Of a DNA stretch of 64,000 bases, positions 9,412 through 18,115 are shown one piece after another. A model generated the notes under the pieces. The model ran no database searches and was not told the DNA's origin. It saw only the letters and a list, made by a program, of their open reading frames with translations. Origin of the DNA: a virus; IMG/VR virus record IMGVR_UViG_3300028827_000102, positions 32,001 through 96,000 of that record; one strand, given 5' to 3'. Each line of letters starts with the position of its first letter. Position 1 is the first letter of the stretch. Both the position numbers and the translations under genes were made by a program.

Positions 9412-10705
9412 TACCGTGTGGAGGGATCATACCAATCGCAGAAAAATCCTCTGAATTTGCTAATTTGGGGGACAAGTCGGCAAGCATGTGGGCAGGCAAA
9501 GTCACTGGCATCTCTTTTCCGCCAGGACGGTGTAGAGACACATCATATAAACTGTTTCCTTCTTCGTCATGCCATATACGTTCAACAATCAGTACCGGAA
9601 ACACATCATCATTTATCGCGTACCACTTACCAGGAACAACATCTATATTGACATCATCATTGTTTTTATCACTTTTACTTTCTTCGCCTGTTTCGGCGTG
9701 AATGCGCATACTCCACTCTGGATTATATGTTATATTTAACCTATTATCATGTTCACTCACCAAAGACTTTAAATATTCAATATCACCGTCATATACATCA
9801 TACACCAACAATGAATTGGTGGAATTCTGTGTAGTATCGAAGCCAGCCGCTCTTAATTTAGAATTAAGAGTGTGTATAGATTTTTTTCCTCCTTCCACCA
9901 ACACTGCCGCAAACAAAGACACGGGTCTTTCTTCATTATCTAACATCATATTATGAATGTCCTCCAAATCCTCAAGTATAAGTATATACCTGATTTTATG
10001 TACTAACAGAGTGGCTATGCTAGTCGGTAGATTTTTCTCGTCTGGTACCTCTTCGTCCGAATACAACTTTTCTTCAAATATCTCTGCATACTGCATCACT
10101 TCTTTAGGTTGTTTAACTATTTTGCGGTGTATGCTTGCTTCCAGCACTGCTATTCTATTTTTAAATGCGTCTATTATATTCTGCCTTTCTCCGTCTTTCA
10201 GCTTTATAAAGGCTTCTTTAACGATTCTCCAATCCAAAAAATCCAGATTAGTGGTATATCTTTCTCTATATATTCTCCAGTGTATGTATTTTAAAAGTTC
10301 TTCAGGTTGTATTAACTCGGTCTGGTCAGATATAAATTTTCCGTACCATCTCTGTTTTACAACGGAAAACATTGCACCAAAATGACGTGACATTACATCC
10401 GGATTCAATGTAGATCTTATAACAAATATATGTATGGTATTTTCATACCCAGGTATAGAAGATACACCTTCTTCCGCTTTTCTCCTATAAGCACATAAAC
10501 ATTTTTCTGGTGCAAAGACAACTATATCAATCGGTGAGTCATGTTGCCAATAATGCGACACAGCATCACCGATGATACACAAATCCGTTAGCAAAGGAAA
10601 TTTGTTTATTATTTCCTTTACTTTTTCGGAGAATCTTTTTGTGAGGGTACCATCTTCCGACCAAACGGCCGGAAGAAGGTACTTAGCATGATAATCTAGT
10701 AGCAT
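9389..10705 (-). CDS. Pol-beta-superfamily nucleotidyltransferase-like protein with degenerate catalytic motif
   Basis: DLCIIGDAVSHYWQHDSPIDIVV versus canonical hGS...SDhD. Confidence 0.45.
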   Translation of the reverse strand: MLLDYHAKYLLPAVWSEDGTLTKRFSEKVKEIINKFPLLTDLCIIGDAVSHYWQHDSPIDIVVFAPEKCLCAYRRKAEEGVSSIPGYENTIHIFVIRSTLNPDVMSRHFGAMFSVVKQRWYGKFISDQTELIQPEELLKYIHWRIYRERYTTNLDFLDWRIVKEAFIKLKDGERQNIIDAFKNRIAVLEASIHRKIVKQPKEVMQYAEIFEEKLYSDEEVPDEKNLPTSIATLLVHKIRYILILEDLEDIHNMMLDNEERPVSLFAAVLVEGGKKSIHTLNSKLRAAGFDTTQNSTNSLLVYDVYDGDIEYLKSLVSEHDNRLNITYNPEWSMRIHAETGEESKSDKNNDDVNIDVVPGKWYAINDDVFPVLIVERIWHDEEGNSLYDVSLHRPGGKEMPVTLPAHMLADLSPKLANSEDFSAIGMIPPHGIDISPHM

Positions 10706-11122
10706 TTATGCGGCATATGCTACCAGGCTAACAACAGTGCTGGCTCCTGGATCCGCCGAGAAGCTGATGGTAACTGTATTAGCGGCTGTTCTCTTCACAC
10801 CGGTGAGATATACCGCATTGGTCGATGACATTAGTGTAGCTACTAGAATGTCGTCTGCTTCGACCCCATACACTGTAACAGTGGTAGAAGTACCCCCACC
10901 CGCATAGCTGACTGTACCAACAAAATAAGGATCTGGAGTTTGCTGACGAATACGAATGTATCCATTGTTAATCAGATCCTGTATACCAGAGCTTTCGATG
11001 AAAGCATCTACGTTTTCGACAGTCACCTCAACAGTTTCACCCGGCTTGACCGCTTTGACGTAGTAACCCCCTGGTAGTGTTATTGTTTTGCTCGAAAGGT
11101 TAGTGATAGGAATAACAGCCAT
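10706..11122 (-). CDS. Putative virion decoration protein
   Basis: GGAGG RBS; T/V/G-rich beta protein. Confidence 0.5.
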   Translation of the reverse strand: MAVIPITNLSSKTITLPGGYYVKAVKPGETVEVTVENVDAFIESSGIQDLINNGYIRIRQQTPDPYFVGTVSYAGGGTSTTVTVYGVEADDILVATLMSSTNAVYLTGVKRTAANTVTISFSADPGASTVVSLVAYAA

Positions 11123-11131
11123 TTTTTCCTC

Positions 11132-12208
11132 CTAAACTGCTGCCCTTATGGCAGAAATCAATTTATTATAATCTCCTGAGTTTTTATACTCAACTACACG
11201 TCCATTAAGGACGTCATTAATATTATATTTCCAATTATATTTTGCACTTCTGATGCATCCGAAATGTTTGTGATCAGACAGATGTACCGCTCTGTGTTCT
11301 GCTATACCGATCATACTTATCACACTCAATCTTATATCGCTATAGCCACCCAACTTTTTGAAATTTGCTGCCAACGAACAAATTTCATATGTAGCAAACT
11401 CTTCTTTTTCGTCTAATATGGCAAAACCATGGTATTGTACATAATCATCATCGTAGTTCACATAAAATACCCCACCGTTGTGGTTTTTCAGCCAATTTTC
11501 TATTGCTTGGGTATAGTACGATTCATTTTTTTCCGCTTGCCACCAAACACCAACAAACATACTCGTGGCAAAACGTTTACCTCTTACAATTGCAGGTTCT
11601 CTTGTATTTTTCCTCCCTACTCTAGCCAACACTCTTTTACCTGTTTCATCTACTCGCCAACGGTAACCAGGAGGAGGTTTATCAAGAGCATCATCAACAG
11701 CCGACATAAAAGCAACAAAATCCAAAGATTGTTCGCTTAATAAACCTATCACTTTTGACGCTAAATCGGCTGGTATTTTTAGGTTCTCGGTTTCCAATAT
11801 TGGTGTCGGGTCGTTCGATACTGCCGCATCCAACAATAAAATAAATTCTCCAAGCTCAATCTTTGCTTTAGATAGAAACTGTAAAATCGGTATAATTATA
11901 TCTTCTGGAAGTGTGTCCGCTTCCTTAGACCATCTGTTTTTCGCGAAGTTAGATATGGCGCGTTTTATTACGTTTAATGTTTCTGTGCGCCCTATCTTAT
12001 CAATCAGACCTTTTACTGCATTTAGTAAACTTTTCGGTATACGTGCTATTTTTTGTCCGATAGTAAACAAGCGGCTAAGTAATGATTCCACTTGTTCCCT
12101 AGATATACCTGATCGATATATCCAGTCCCACAGAAAAGATACTATCTGCTGAGCTATGTCTGAGGTAGATGCTTCGCGATACAAAAATCTCTTGTATCGT
12201 ACAAACAT
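11132..12208 (-). CDS. Hypothetical protein, possible internal head protein
   Basis: TAATG coupling to the upstream gene; N-terminal VRYKRFLYREA motif. Confidence 0.55.
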   Translation of the reverse strand: MFVRYKRFLYREASTSDIAQQIVSFLWDWIYRSGISREQVESLLSRLFTIGQKIARIPKSLLNAVKGLIDKIGRTETLNVIKRAISNFAKNRWSKEADTLPEDIIIPILQFLSKAKIELGEFILLLDAAVSNDPTPILETENLKIPADLASKVIGLLSEQSLDFVAFMSAVDDALDKPPPGYRWRVDETGKRVLARVGRKNTREPAIVRGKRFATSMFVGVWWQAEKNESYYTQAIENWLKNHNGGVFYVNYDDDYVQYHGFAILDEKEEFATYEICSLAANFKKLGGYSDIRLSVISMIGIAEHRAVHLSDHKHFGCIRSAKYNWKYNINDVLNGRVVEYKNSGDYNKLISAIRAAV

Positions 12209-12996
12209 TACTGTCCGGGTTTAACAGTCAAATCCTTACCTGGCCCCGTACCGGAAAATAGGTATTTGTCGAAAAATTCACTAAGGAATTTATTGTGCTT
12301 TTCCACAGCAGCAGGATTCTTTTCAAGAATATCAACAATATAGTCTTTTGGTATCGGATTACTTTGTCCTTTTATCTTTACAGAATCGCCGCTAATGCTA
12401 GAAACAACGCCATGCTTCTGCAGCATACCACCACCAGGAACGACATATATCACTTTATCTCCAACTTCTACATTCAACGTTCCTGCTGTACGTACCATTC
12501 CAAGATGTACACGAGCGTAACGTCCGTTTCTATTTCTATCTATACGCGATTCAAGTATCTCTTCCATTTCTTCTTGTCGTTCGCGTACCAGCACTTTTTC
12601 GCCGCCAATAGTCTGCATAGACCATGTGCTTCCATCGGTAGAAGCAAACCTACCGGCACCTACAGGAAGCATACTATTAGCCTTATATGCCGGAAGAGGA
12701 AGACGTACTTCTTCGCATATAGCTGTTATAGCATTTAGGTCCTTGTGGCTTCTAAAGGAGGCCACAAGTGGACGTAGGTTACCATTGAACGTGGTAGTAA
12801 CCCACTCCATCATTTGTGTTTGTGTGGGTGTGCCGCGCTCGGGAGAGTACTCCACCATGATACGGTATTCCGTGTCACCAATGCGTTCGTAGTCTGCCAA
12901 GCGCATATCAAGACGACCGCATCTAGTAAGCCTCTCATCACGCTCGATTTTTTCTTTGAGCTTTTTAGCTATTTTAGTTGCAATGATCTTATTCAT
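12208..12996 (-). CDS. Hypothetical late protein with C-terminal SH3/KOW-like segment
   Basis: GGAGAGG RBS; VEVGDKVIYV...GVVSSISGDSVKI; late-type motif upstream. Confidence 0.55.
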   Translation of the reverse strand: MNKIIATKIAKKLKEKIERDERLTRCGRLDMRLADYERIGDTEYRIMVEYSPERGTPTQTQMMEWVTTTFNGNLRPLVASFRSHKDLNAITAICEEVRLPLPAYKANSMLPVGAGRFASTDGSTWSMQTIGGEKVLVRERQEEMEEILESRIDRNRNGRYARVHLGMVRTAGTLNVEVGDKVIYVVPGGGMLQKHGVVSSISGDSVKIKGQSNPIPKDYIVDILEKNPAAVEKHNKFLSEFFDKYLFSGTGPGKDLTVKPGQ

Positions 12997-13033
12997 AACA
13001 CCTCTCCTTCTGCGGAGTAAAGAATAATCTGTC

Positions 13034-13047
13034 CTACTAAATGTTAA
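13034..13047 (-). promoter_or_regulatory. Late-type motif TTAACATTTAGTAG
   Basis: 37 nt upstream of the 12996 start. Confidence 0.65.
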
Positions 13048-13853
13048 GATGTAGAGCTAATAAAATCTGGAGGTGTTATGTTATGTTTTTCTAATAATGC
13101 GCGTAATTCTGCCGAATTCAGTCCTAAAGCATTATTCAGCTTTCGTTTCCCATGAAAGCTAGTTATTGCAATTTCAAGTAATTTCTTTGTAGGGATGCCG
13201 AATTCAGATTCTAATCTAAGCTCACTGGGACGTTTGTGTTTGAAACACGACTGACTGCAATAAACAAATCCGTCAGTAAGTTTATAGATATTACCTGTAT
13301 TTCCACAAACCGAACAACCTGTATCGTATATTTTTACCGTATCTGCAGCAGCATCTGAAGCGGCTTTGCGAAGAGCCAATTTTTGTAATTTTGTTATAGC
13401 GGAGTTTGTTATTCTTCTAAATTGCGCTTGTGTGATACCTAACAAAAAACGTATCTCATTTACATCTAAATCCTGTTTGTTTTGGCTATATATGTAACGT
13501 ATTATACAGTTTCCTGTCCATCTATTCATTGTATGAAACATGCACGACGAAACTGTACATGGTACATATATATCTAAATCTATTTCGGTACATTTAAATG
13601 GTTTTACATCTTCTAGACTGTAAACACCTGGGTCTGGGAGATATGCGCCTATGTATTCTAATACAGTTTCTACCGAAGCCGGGCTAATGGCTTCTCCTAT
13701 ATACTGCAATCTAGACAGCAACTCGAAGCACGGACCAGATTTTGTACACGTTTGAATAGTGTCATTTCTTTTGGATAGCTTTTCAACAAGTTTACTTACA
13801 CTTGTACATATGTCGGTAAACTCACAGCGCATATCTCCCAGACCACCTGACAT
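13044..13853 (-). CDS. Cys-rich DNA-binding protein with sigma70 region-4-like HTH and Zn finger
   Basis: NCII...LDVNEIRFLLGITQAQFRRITNSAITKLQK; CSVC...YCSQSC. Confidence 0.55.
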   Translation of the reverse strand: MSGGLGDMRCEFTDICTSVSKLVEKLSKRNDTIQTCTKSGPCFELLSRLQYIGEAISPASVETVLEYIGAYLPDPGVYSLEDVKPFKCTEIDLDIYVPCTVSSCMFHTMNRWTGNCIIRYIYSQNKQDLDVNEIRFLLGITQAQFRRITNSAITKLQKLALRKAASDAAADTVKIYDTGCSVCGNTGNIYKLTDGFVYCSQSCFKHKRPSELRLESEFGIPTKKLLEIAITSFHGKRKLNNALGLNSAELRALLEKHNITPPDFISSTS

Positions 13854-13860
13854 GGTTTAA

Positions 13861-14580
13861 CTATAGATCATCAAGATCTAGATCGTCGTCAGACCACGGT
13901 AAATCGTCCAGGTCGTCATCATTCTCGTCAGCATCATCAAGATCAAAGTCATCCAGGTCATTCAAATCGTCGTCATCTTCTGTATTATTGTCATCGGCAT
14001 CATCGAGATCAAGTTCATCTAGATCATCATTGTCTTCATCTAAGCCAAAATCGTCCGAGTCAGCAGCATCGCTTTCGTCTGCCTTGGTTTTTGCGTCCGA
14101 ATTACTACCCTGATCAGACACATCATTAAAATCCAAATCGTCCAAATCATCCAGATCATCTATGCCCAAACCATCATCGTCGTCCAATACCAAATTTGTC
14201 TGACTGTCCTTTTTGTTTACATTCTTTTCGTCGTCTTTCTTCTTTGCCTCTTCATCGTCCTTCTTCGCCTTACGCTTACGTCCACGCTTACCCTTGGTCT
14301 TCTTCTCCTGCTCTTCCTCATCCTTCTTCGCTTTACGCTTACGTCCACGCTTACCCTTGGTCTTCTTTTCGGTTTTCTCAGCCCTTTCTTCCTTTTTCTC
14401 TGTTTCTACCCTAACATTCTCCTCTACCAACGCAGGAGCAGGCGAAATAGGAAAAGTATATATCTTTACACCTTCTCCAATGTCACCAGAAATGGTAAAC
14501 ATTGCGTCTTTTACTGCTACTACCTTGCCTTTTGTAAGTAGTGTTTCTACCTGACTAGAAGACAAAACAATCATAGACAT
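13861..14580 (-). CDS. Charge-segregated protein: duplicated K/R block followed by a long Asp-rich tail
   Basis: KKTKGKRGRKRKAKKD x2; about 100 aa of D/L-rich C-terminus; GGAGG RBS. Confidence 0.7.
   Translation of the reverse strand: MSMIVLSSSQVETLLTKGKVVAVKDAMFTISGDIGEGVKIYTFPISPAPALVEENVRVETEKKEERAEKTEKKTKGKRGRKRKAKKDEEEQEKKTKGKRGRKRKAKKDDEEAKKKDDEKNVNKKDSQTNLVLDDDDGLGIDDLDDLDDLDFNDVSDQGSNSDAKTKADESDAADSDDFGLDEDNDDLDELDLDDADDNNTEDDDDLNDLDDFDLDDADENDDDLDDLPWSDDDLDLDDL
14258..14367. repeat. 47-bp direct repeat (1 mismatch, period 63 bp) encoding the basic block
   Basis: Copies at 14258-14304 and 14321-14367. Confidence 0.85.
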
Positions 14581-14592
14581 GAAATACCTCCA

Positions 14593-16119
14593 CTATAGAT
14601 CGTCTCGCAGACGAACAAATCTGTTGAAACGCCCAACAGCAACTTTATTTGGATCACTTTGACTTATGTAATCAATTTTCTTTCCCACTAATTTGGACCT
14701 GTTTTTCCATAATTGTTCCCTTTCTTTATCCTTTATCCCTCCTCCTATACGTATTTTGTCTCCATTAGAAGTTACAGCCATAAAATAACCTAGACGAGGA
14801 CCATATCTAAAATATATACGATTGTTTTTAACCGTTAGTCTCCTATCTGTGCTGTCACCAATAATTTTGCGTAGTTTCTTTGCCACTTGGACGCACTTAG
14901 AAGAGTCATTAAATTCGCATATTAAATATATATCTGTTTTCTTTACTTTGCCATACTTTTTAAGCGTTTGCAGTACGGTTTGTACCGTCTCCTTGTCTGC
15001 TTCTGCGTGCTTTCCTTTCCCGCATACAACTTCTACTATAGTAGCAGTGTCTTCGTCTTCTGGTTTTACTTTTAGTATATCTTTTGTCCTTTTTACTTCA
15101 TAACCTGCTTCCATGCTTTTTAGCATTATACCTTCAAAGCCATTATCAACCATCTTCTCATAATATAGCATCGCAGTTTTTTCGTCACGTAAGATACGAT
15201 GTCCTATTATTGCTATATTATCTGAAAACTTGATTGTTTTTGTGTGCTTATCAGCACCTATAGCTTTGAACAAAGACGTTTTCCTGTCTTTCCATGGTTT
15301 AGCGGATGAATTTACATAATCTTCATAAGGCAACCAATCCCACACATATAAACACACATCAGACAAAAATTTGTCTTCGTCGAAGTTTTTTGTTCTACGT
15401 ATTATTTTTGAAGTAGAATTCCAGTCTTTAGCTAAAAACTCTCCGTCTAAAAACACTTCGTTTTCCGGCAAAACACTAGCCAGTTGCAAAATTTGCTGTA
15501 CAAATCGTTTTGATTGTTCAATCGGATCTCTTCTTTTTCCGCTCCGAGTAAAAACATAAACATTATCACCAGAAACAAAAATTAATGCCCGTTCTCCGTC
15601 CAGTTTTGGTTCTCCAGCCATTGGCCAAGTTAATTTACTCGACTCTATGTCTGAATACTTCTTTGCTAAAGCACAACCACGAAATACTATATCACCCTCT
15701 GATCTTTTAAAAACATCAGGCCATATATTAGATATTGTTTGTGCTGCTACACCTACTCTAAGATCGTGTAGCATGATACGTACAAACCATTTTGCCATCT
15801 TCGGCTTTGTCACCGACAATAGCTTAGAGGTTTCTTCTTTTGCTTTTTTACCTGTTATTGTTCTAGTACGTAGTCTATCCAACAGCATTAAAAAAGCATT
15901 CCAAGCTTCTTGTGCTGTTAAAGACGGGGTAAAAGTTTCTGGTAATTTCGGTCGCACGTAATAACGAGTATCACCAAAAGATAATGAGAATATATCCTTT
16001 AAAACGTCATTATCCTTAAATTTATGTAATAATGCTTCTTTTTCTTTTCTTTTATCCAATGTTTCTAGCTTATTAAGTACTGCTATTGCTATGATTATTT
16101 TATCATCCATATCAATCAT
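14593..16119 (-). CDS. lig: ATP-dependent DNA ligase
   Basis: EPKLDGER (motif I), FLDGEF, EGIMLK, LKVKP, GRFNRFVRLRDD. Confidence 0.92.
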   Translation of the reverse strand: MIDMDDKIIIAIAVLNKLETLDKRKEKEALLHKFKDNDVLKDIFSLSFGDTRYYVRPKLPETFTPSLTAQEAWNAFLMLLDRLRTRTITGKKAKEETSKLLSVTKPKMAKWFVRIMLHDLRVGVAAQTISNIWPDVFKRSEGDIVFRGCALAKKYSDIESSKLTWPMAGEPKLDGERALIFVSGDNVYVFTRSGKRRDPIEQSKRFVQQILQLASVLPENEVFLDGEFLAKDWNSTSKIIRRTKNFDEDKFLSDVCLYVWDWLPYEDYVNSSAKPWKDRKTSLFKAIGADKHTKTIKFSDNIAIIGHRILRDEKTAMLYYEKMVDNGFEGIMLKSMEAGYEVKRTKDILKVKPEDEDTATIVEVVCGKGKHAEADKETVQTVLQTLKKYGKVKKTDIYLICEFNDSSKCVQVAKKLRKIIGDSTDRRLTVKNNRIYFRYGPRLGYFMAVTSNGDKIRIGGGIKDKEREQLWKNRSKLVGKKIDYISQSDPNKVAVGRFNRFVRLRDDL

Positions 16120-16858
16120 CCCTTGCTATAAGCTTAACGTTCATCTTATACAAATCCCTAAACCTGAACTTCTTTATCATCTTTGGGGTTGAATCGGGCG
16201 ATGCTTTTACAGCCTTATAATAGTAGTCTGGATCGAAAAATTCTAAGTCTTTGCCAACAATAAGCACTTTGATCCAGTGTGAATTTTTTGCCGTCTTTTT
16301 TACAATACCAGATATATATCTATCACCTTTTCTCCATTCTATCTCATCTCCAATACGTAGTCGTACCATATCTTTTTTCTTTAGTAATAGCAATCTATTT
16401 ATTATCGGGGTCAAAGATGCAGCAAGAAACCTCGCATCAGTTTTACTCATTTTTAGTGCTAACAGCAAAGCGTGCCGCATTTCGGTTTGCATGCGTACTC
16501 CACCCTGTCTTGTTCCCCAATTCCGAAGAACATCTAATGTATTTACTATCATCATCCATTTCCGTGACATAAACCTTATAGCGGTTAAAATTGGCACGGA
16601 TTCGTATTTTCCAGAAGGTAAAATTTCATTTATATCAAAATAATATGGAATATAACACTTCTTACAGCTCCATGTATTTTTATCCATAGGCTCATCTAGC
16701 TTAGACCCTAAAAATGTTTGCGCGCCTTGACAACATAACAACTTGCCATGTATTATTTTTTCCCACATGGCACAGGTGCTACATATTATAGGTATATCTT
16801 CTCCGGTTTTGGGGTGAGTGTAATATTTATTTTTAATACGAGGCAGCTGAGGCATCAT
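16112..16858 (-). CDS. Hypothetical protein with N-terminal Cys cluster
   Basis: CSTC..CC..CKKC; overlaps both neighbours. Confidence 0.6.
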   Translation of the reverse strand: MMPQLPRIKNKYYTHPKTGEDIPIICSTCAMWEKIIHGKLLCCQGAQTFLGSKLDEPMDKNTWSCKKCYIPYYFDINEILPSGKYESVPILTAIRFMSRKWMMIVNTLDVLRNWGTRQGGVRMQTEMRHALLLALKMSKTDARFLAASLTPIINRLLLLKKKDMVRLRIGDEIEWRKGDRYISGIVKKTAKNSHWIKVLIVGKDLEFFDPDYYYKAVKASPDSTPKMIKKFRFRDLYKMNVKLIARDD

Positions 16859-17619
16859 TCTACCTCCTTAGCTGTCGAATACAAAAGGATAAGATCATCT
16901 GGCTCTACATCGTATTTCTCTGCTATATCATAAATATCAGCTTCTGTATCAGCCATAAAAGATAAATAAGCTTTCGACAAGGACTTGCCATCATCACCTA
17001 TCAACCACTTAAAGAAATAAGTAGCAGCTTTTTTCGTTTTTTCGTTGTTTATGATGCGTTTTATATCTGCTTTTAAAGACTCTTTATCCGACAAAGCGGC
17101 TAAAAACATAAATGTAGGTATTTCAACAGTTTCTTGAAAATCTACATCTTTTGATACAAGTTTTTCCAACAATGACAACCAAGCATCATATGTTTCAGGC
17201 CATCCTTTGTTAGGAGATTTGACAGCGGAGTGTGTTTTTTCTCTGTCTACAAGCGTTAGATCAGATGACTTCTTTTCTATTAATTCTATATATTCTGCTG
17301 GGGTACGACTGTCCTTTAATTGTAATCTACCATCAACAATATCGGCATCTAATATTGGAATACCTAGTGTGCGCGCTTCTGATGCTTTTCCGTCTACATA
17401 CAACAATAAATACTTTATTTTGTCAGCATATTTATATAAACTATCTTTCTTCGACATATTTGGCAGTATAACTACATTATTCCCATCCGACACCAACATC
17501 AATGTTTTAGGATCACCGCTGTAGATAGATACACGGTATCCTCTGTTTGCCAATACAATGCGCAGCGCATCTGGACCTAAAAAAGCAAAGGCTGCCGCTT
17601 TAACCGTTTTCGTGTTCAT
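16855..17619 (-). CDS. Hypothetical protein
   Basis: Coupled ORF within the replication operon. Confidence 0.6.
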   Translation of the reverse strand: MNTKTVKAAAFAFLGPDALRIVLANRGYRVSIYSGDPKTLMLVSDGNNVVILPNMSKKDSLYKYADKIKYLLLYVDGKASEARTLGIPILDADIVDGRLQLKDSRTPAEYIELIEKKSSDLTLVDREKTHSAVKSPNKGWPETYDAWLSLLEKLVSKDVDFQETVEIPTFMFLAALSDKESLKADIKRIINNEKTKKAATYFFKWLIGDDGKSLSKAYLSFMADTEADIYDIAEKYDVEPDDLILLYSTAKEVE

Positions 17620-18115
17620 ACTCTACCTCTTTTTTTAACCGACGATACAGTATTGTATGTAGCCATTTACAAGGAGGCAATGCTACTAAAACATTGTCTC
17701 CTTTATCTACGAATTTTAGATTCTTTATCTTAATTCTATTAGGAAAGCTGTCCCATACCGATATAAATTTGTTTATCGAGCTATCGTAGAAAAACCTATT
17801 TACATACTTTGTCGGTATTTTTAATTTATTTGCCAGCATTGTGGCTACATAGTAGCCAGTATCATCATGTATGTCATAATCACAACATAAACACCACAAC
17901 AACACGCAAGACAGTCTTAAATGCTTTCCTTCAGTATGCTGCTTTAGTTTTTTCATAAACAATCCGGCACTCAAATACACTCGTTCATCGTGAATGTCAA
18001 GGACAATATTACCGTCTTTTATATGATATGAACGTACATCTCCATATGTATTTATCACCCAATCTTTAAGTGGTGTGTCTTCCATTCTATGATATAATCT
18101 ATGTATTAGCATCAC
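17600..18115 (-). CDS. Hypothetical protein
   Basis: Coupled ORF within the replication operon. Confidence 0.55.
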   Translation of the reverse strand: MMLIHRLYHRMEDTPLKDWVINTYGDVRSYHIKDGNIVLDIHDERVYLSAGLFMKKLKQHTEGKHLRLSCVLLWCLCCDYDIHDDTGYYVATMLANKLKIPTKYVNRFFYDSSINKFISVWDSFPNRIKIKNLKFVDKGDNVLVALPPCKWLHTILYRRLKKEVEYEHENG

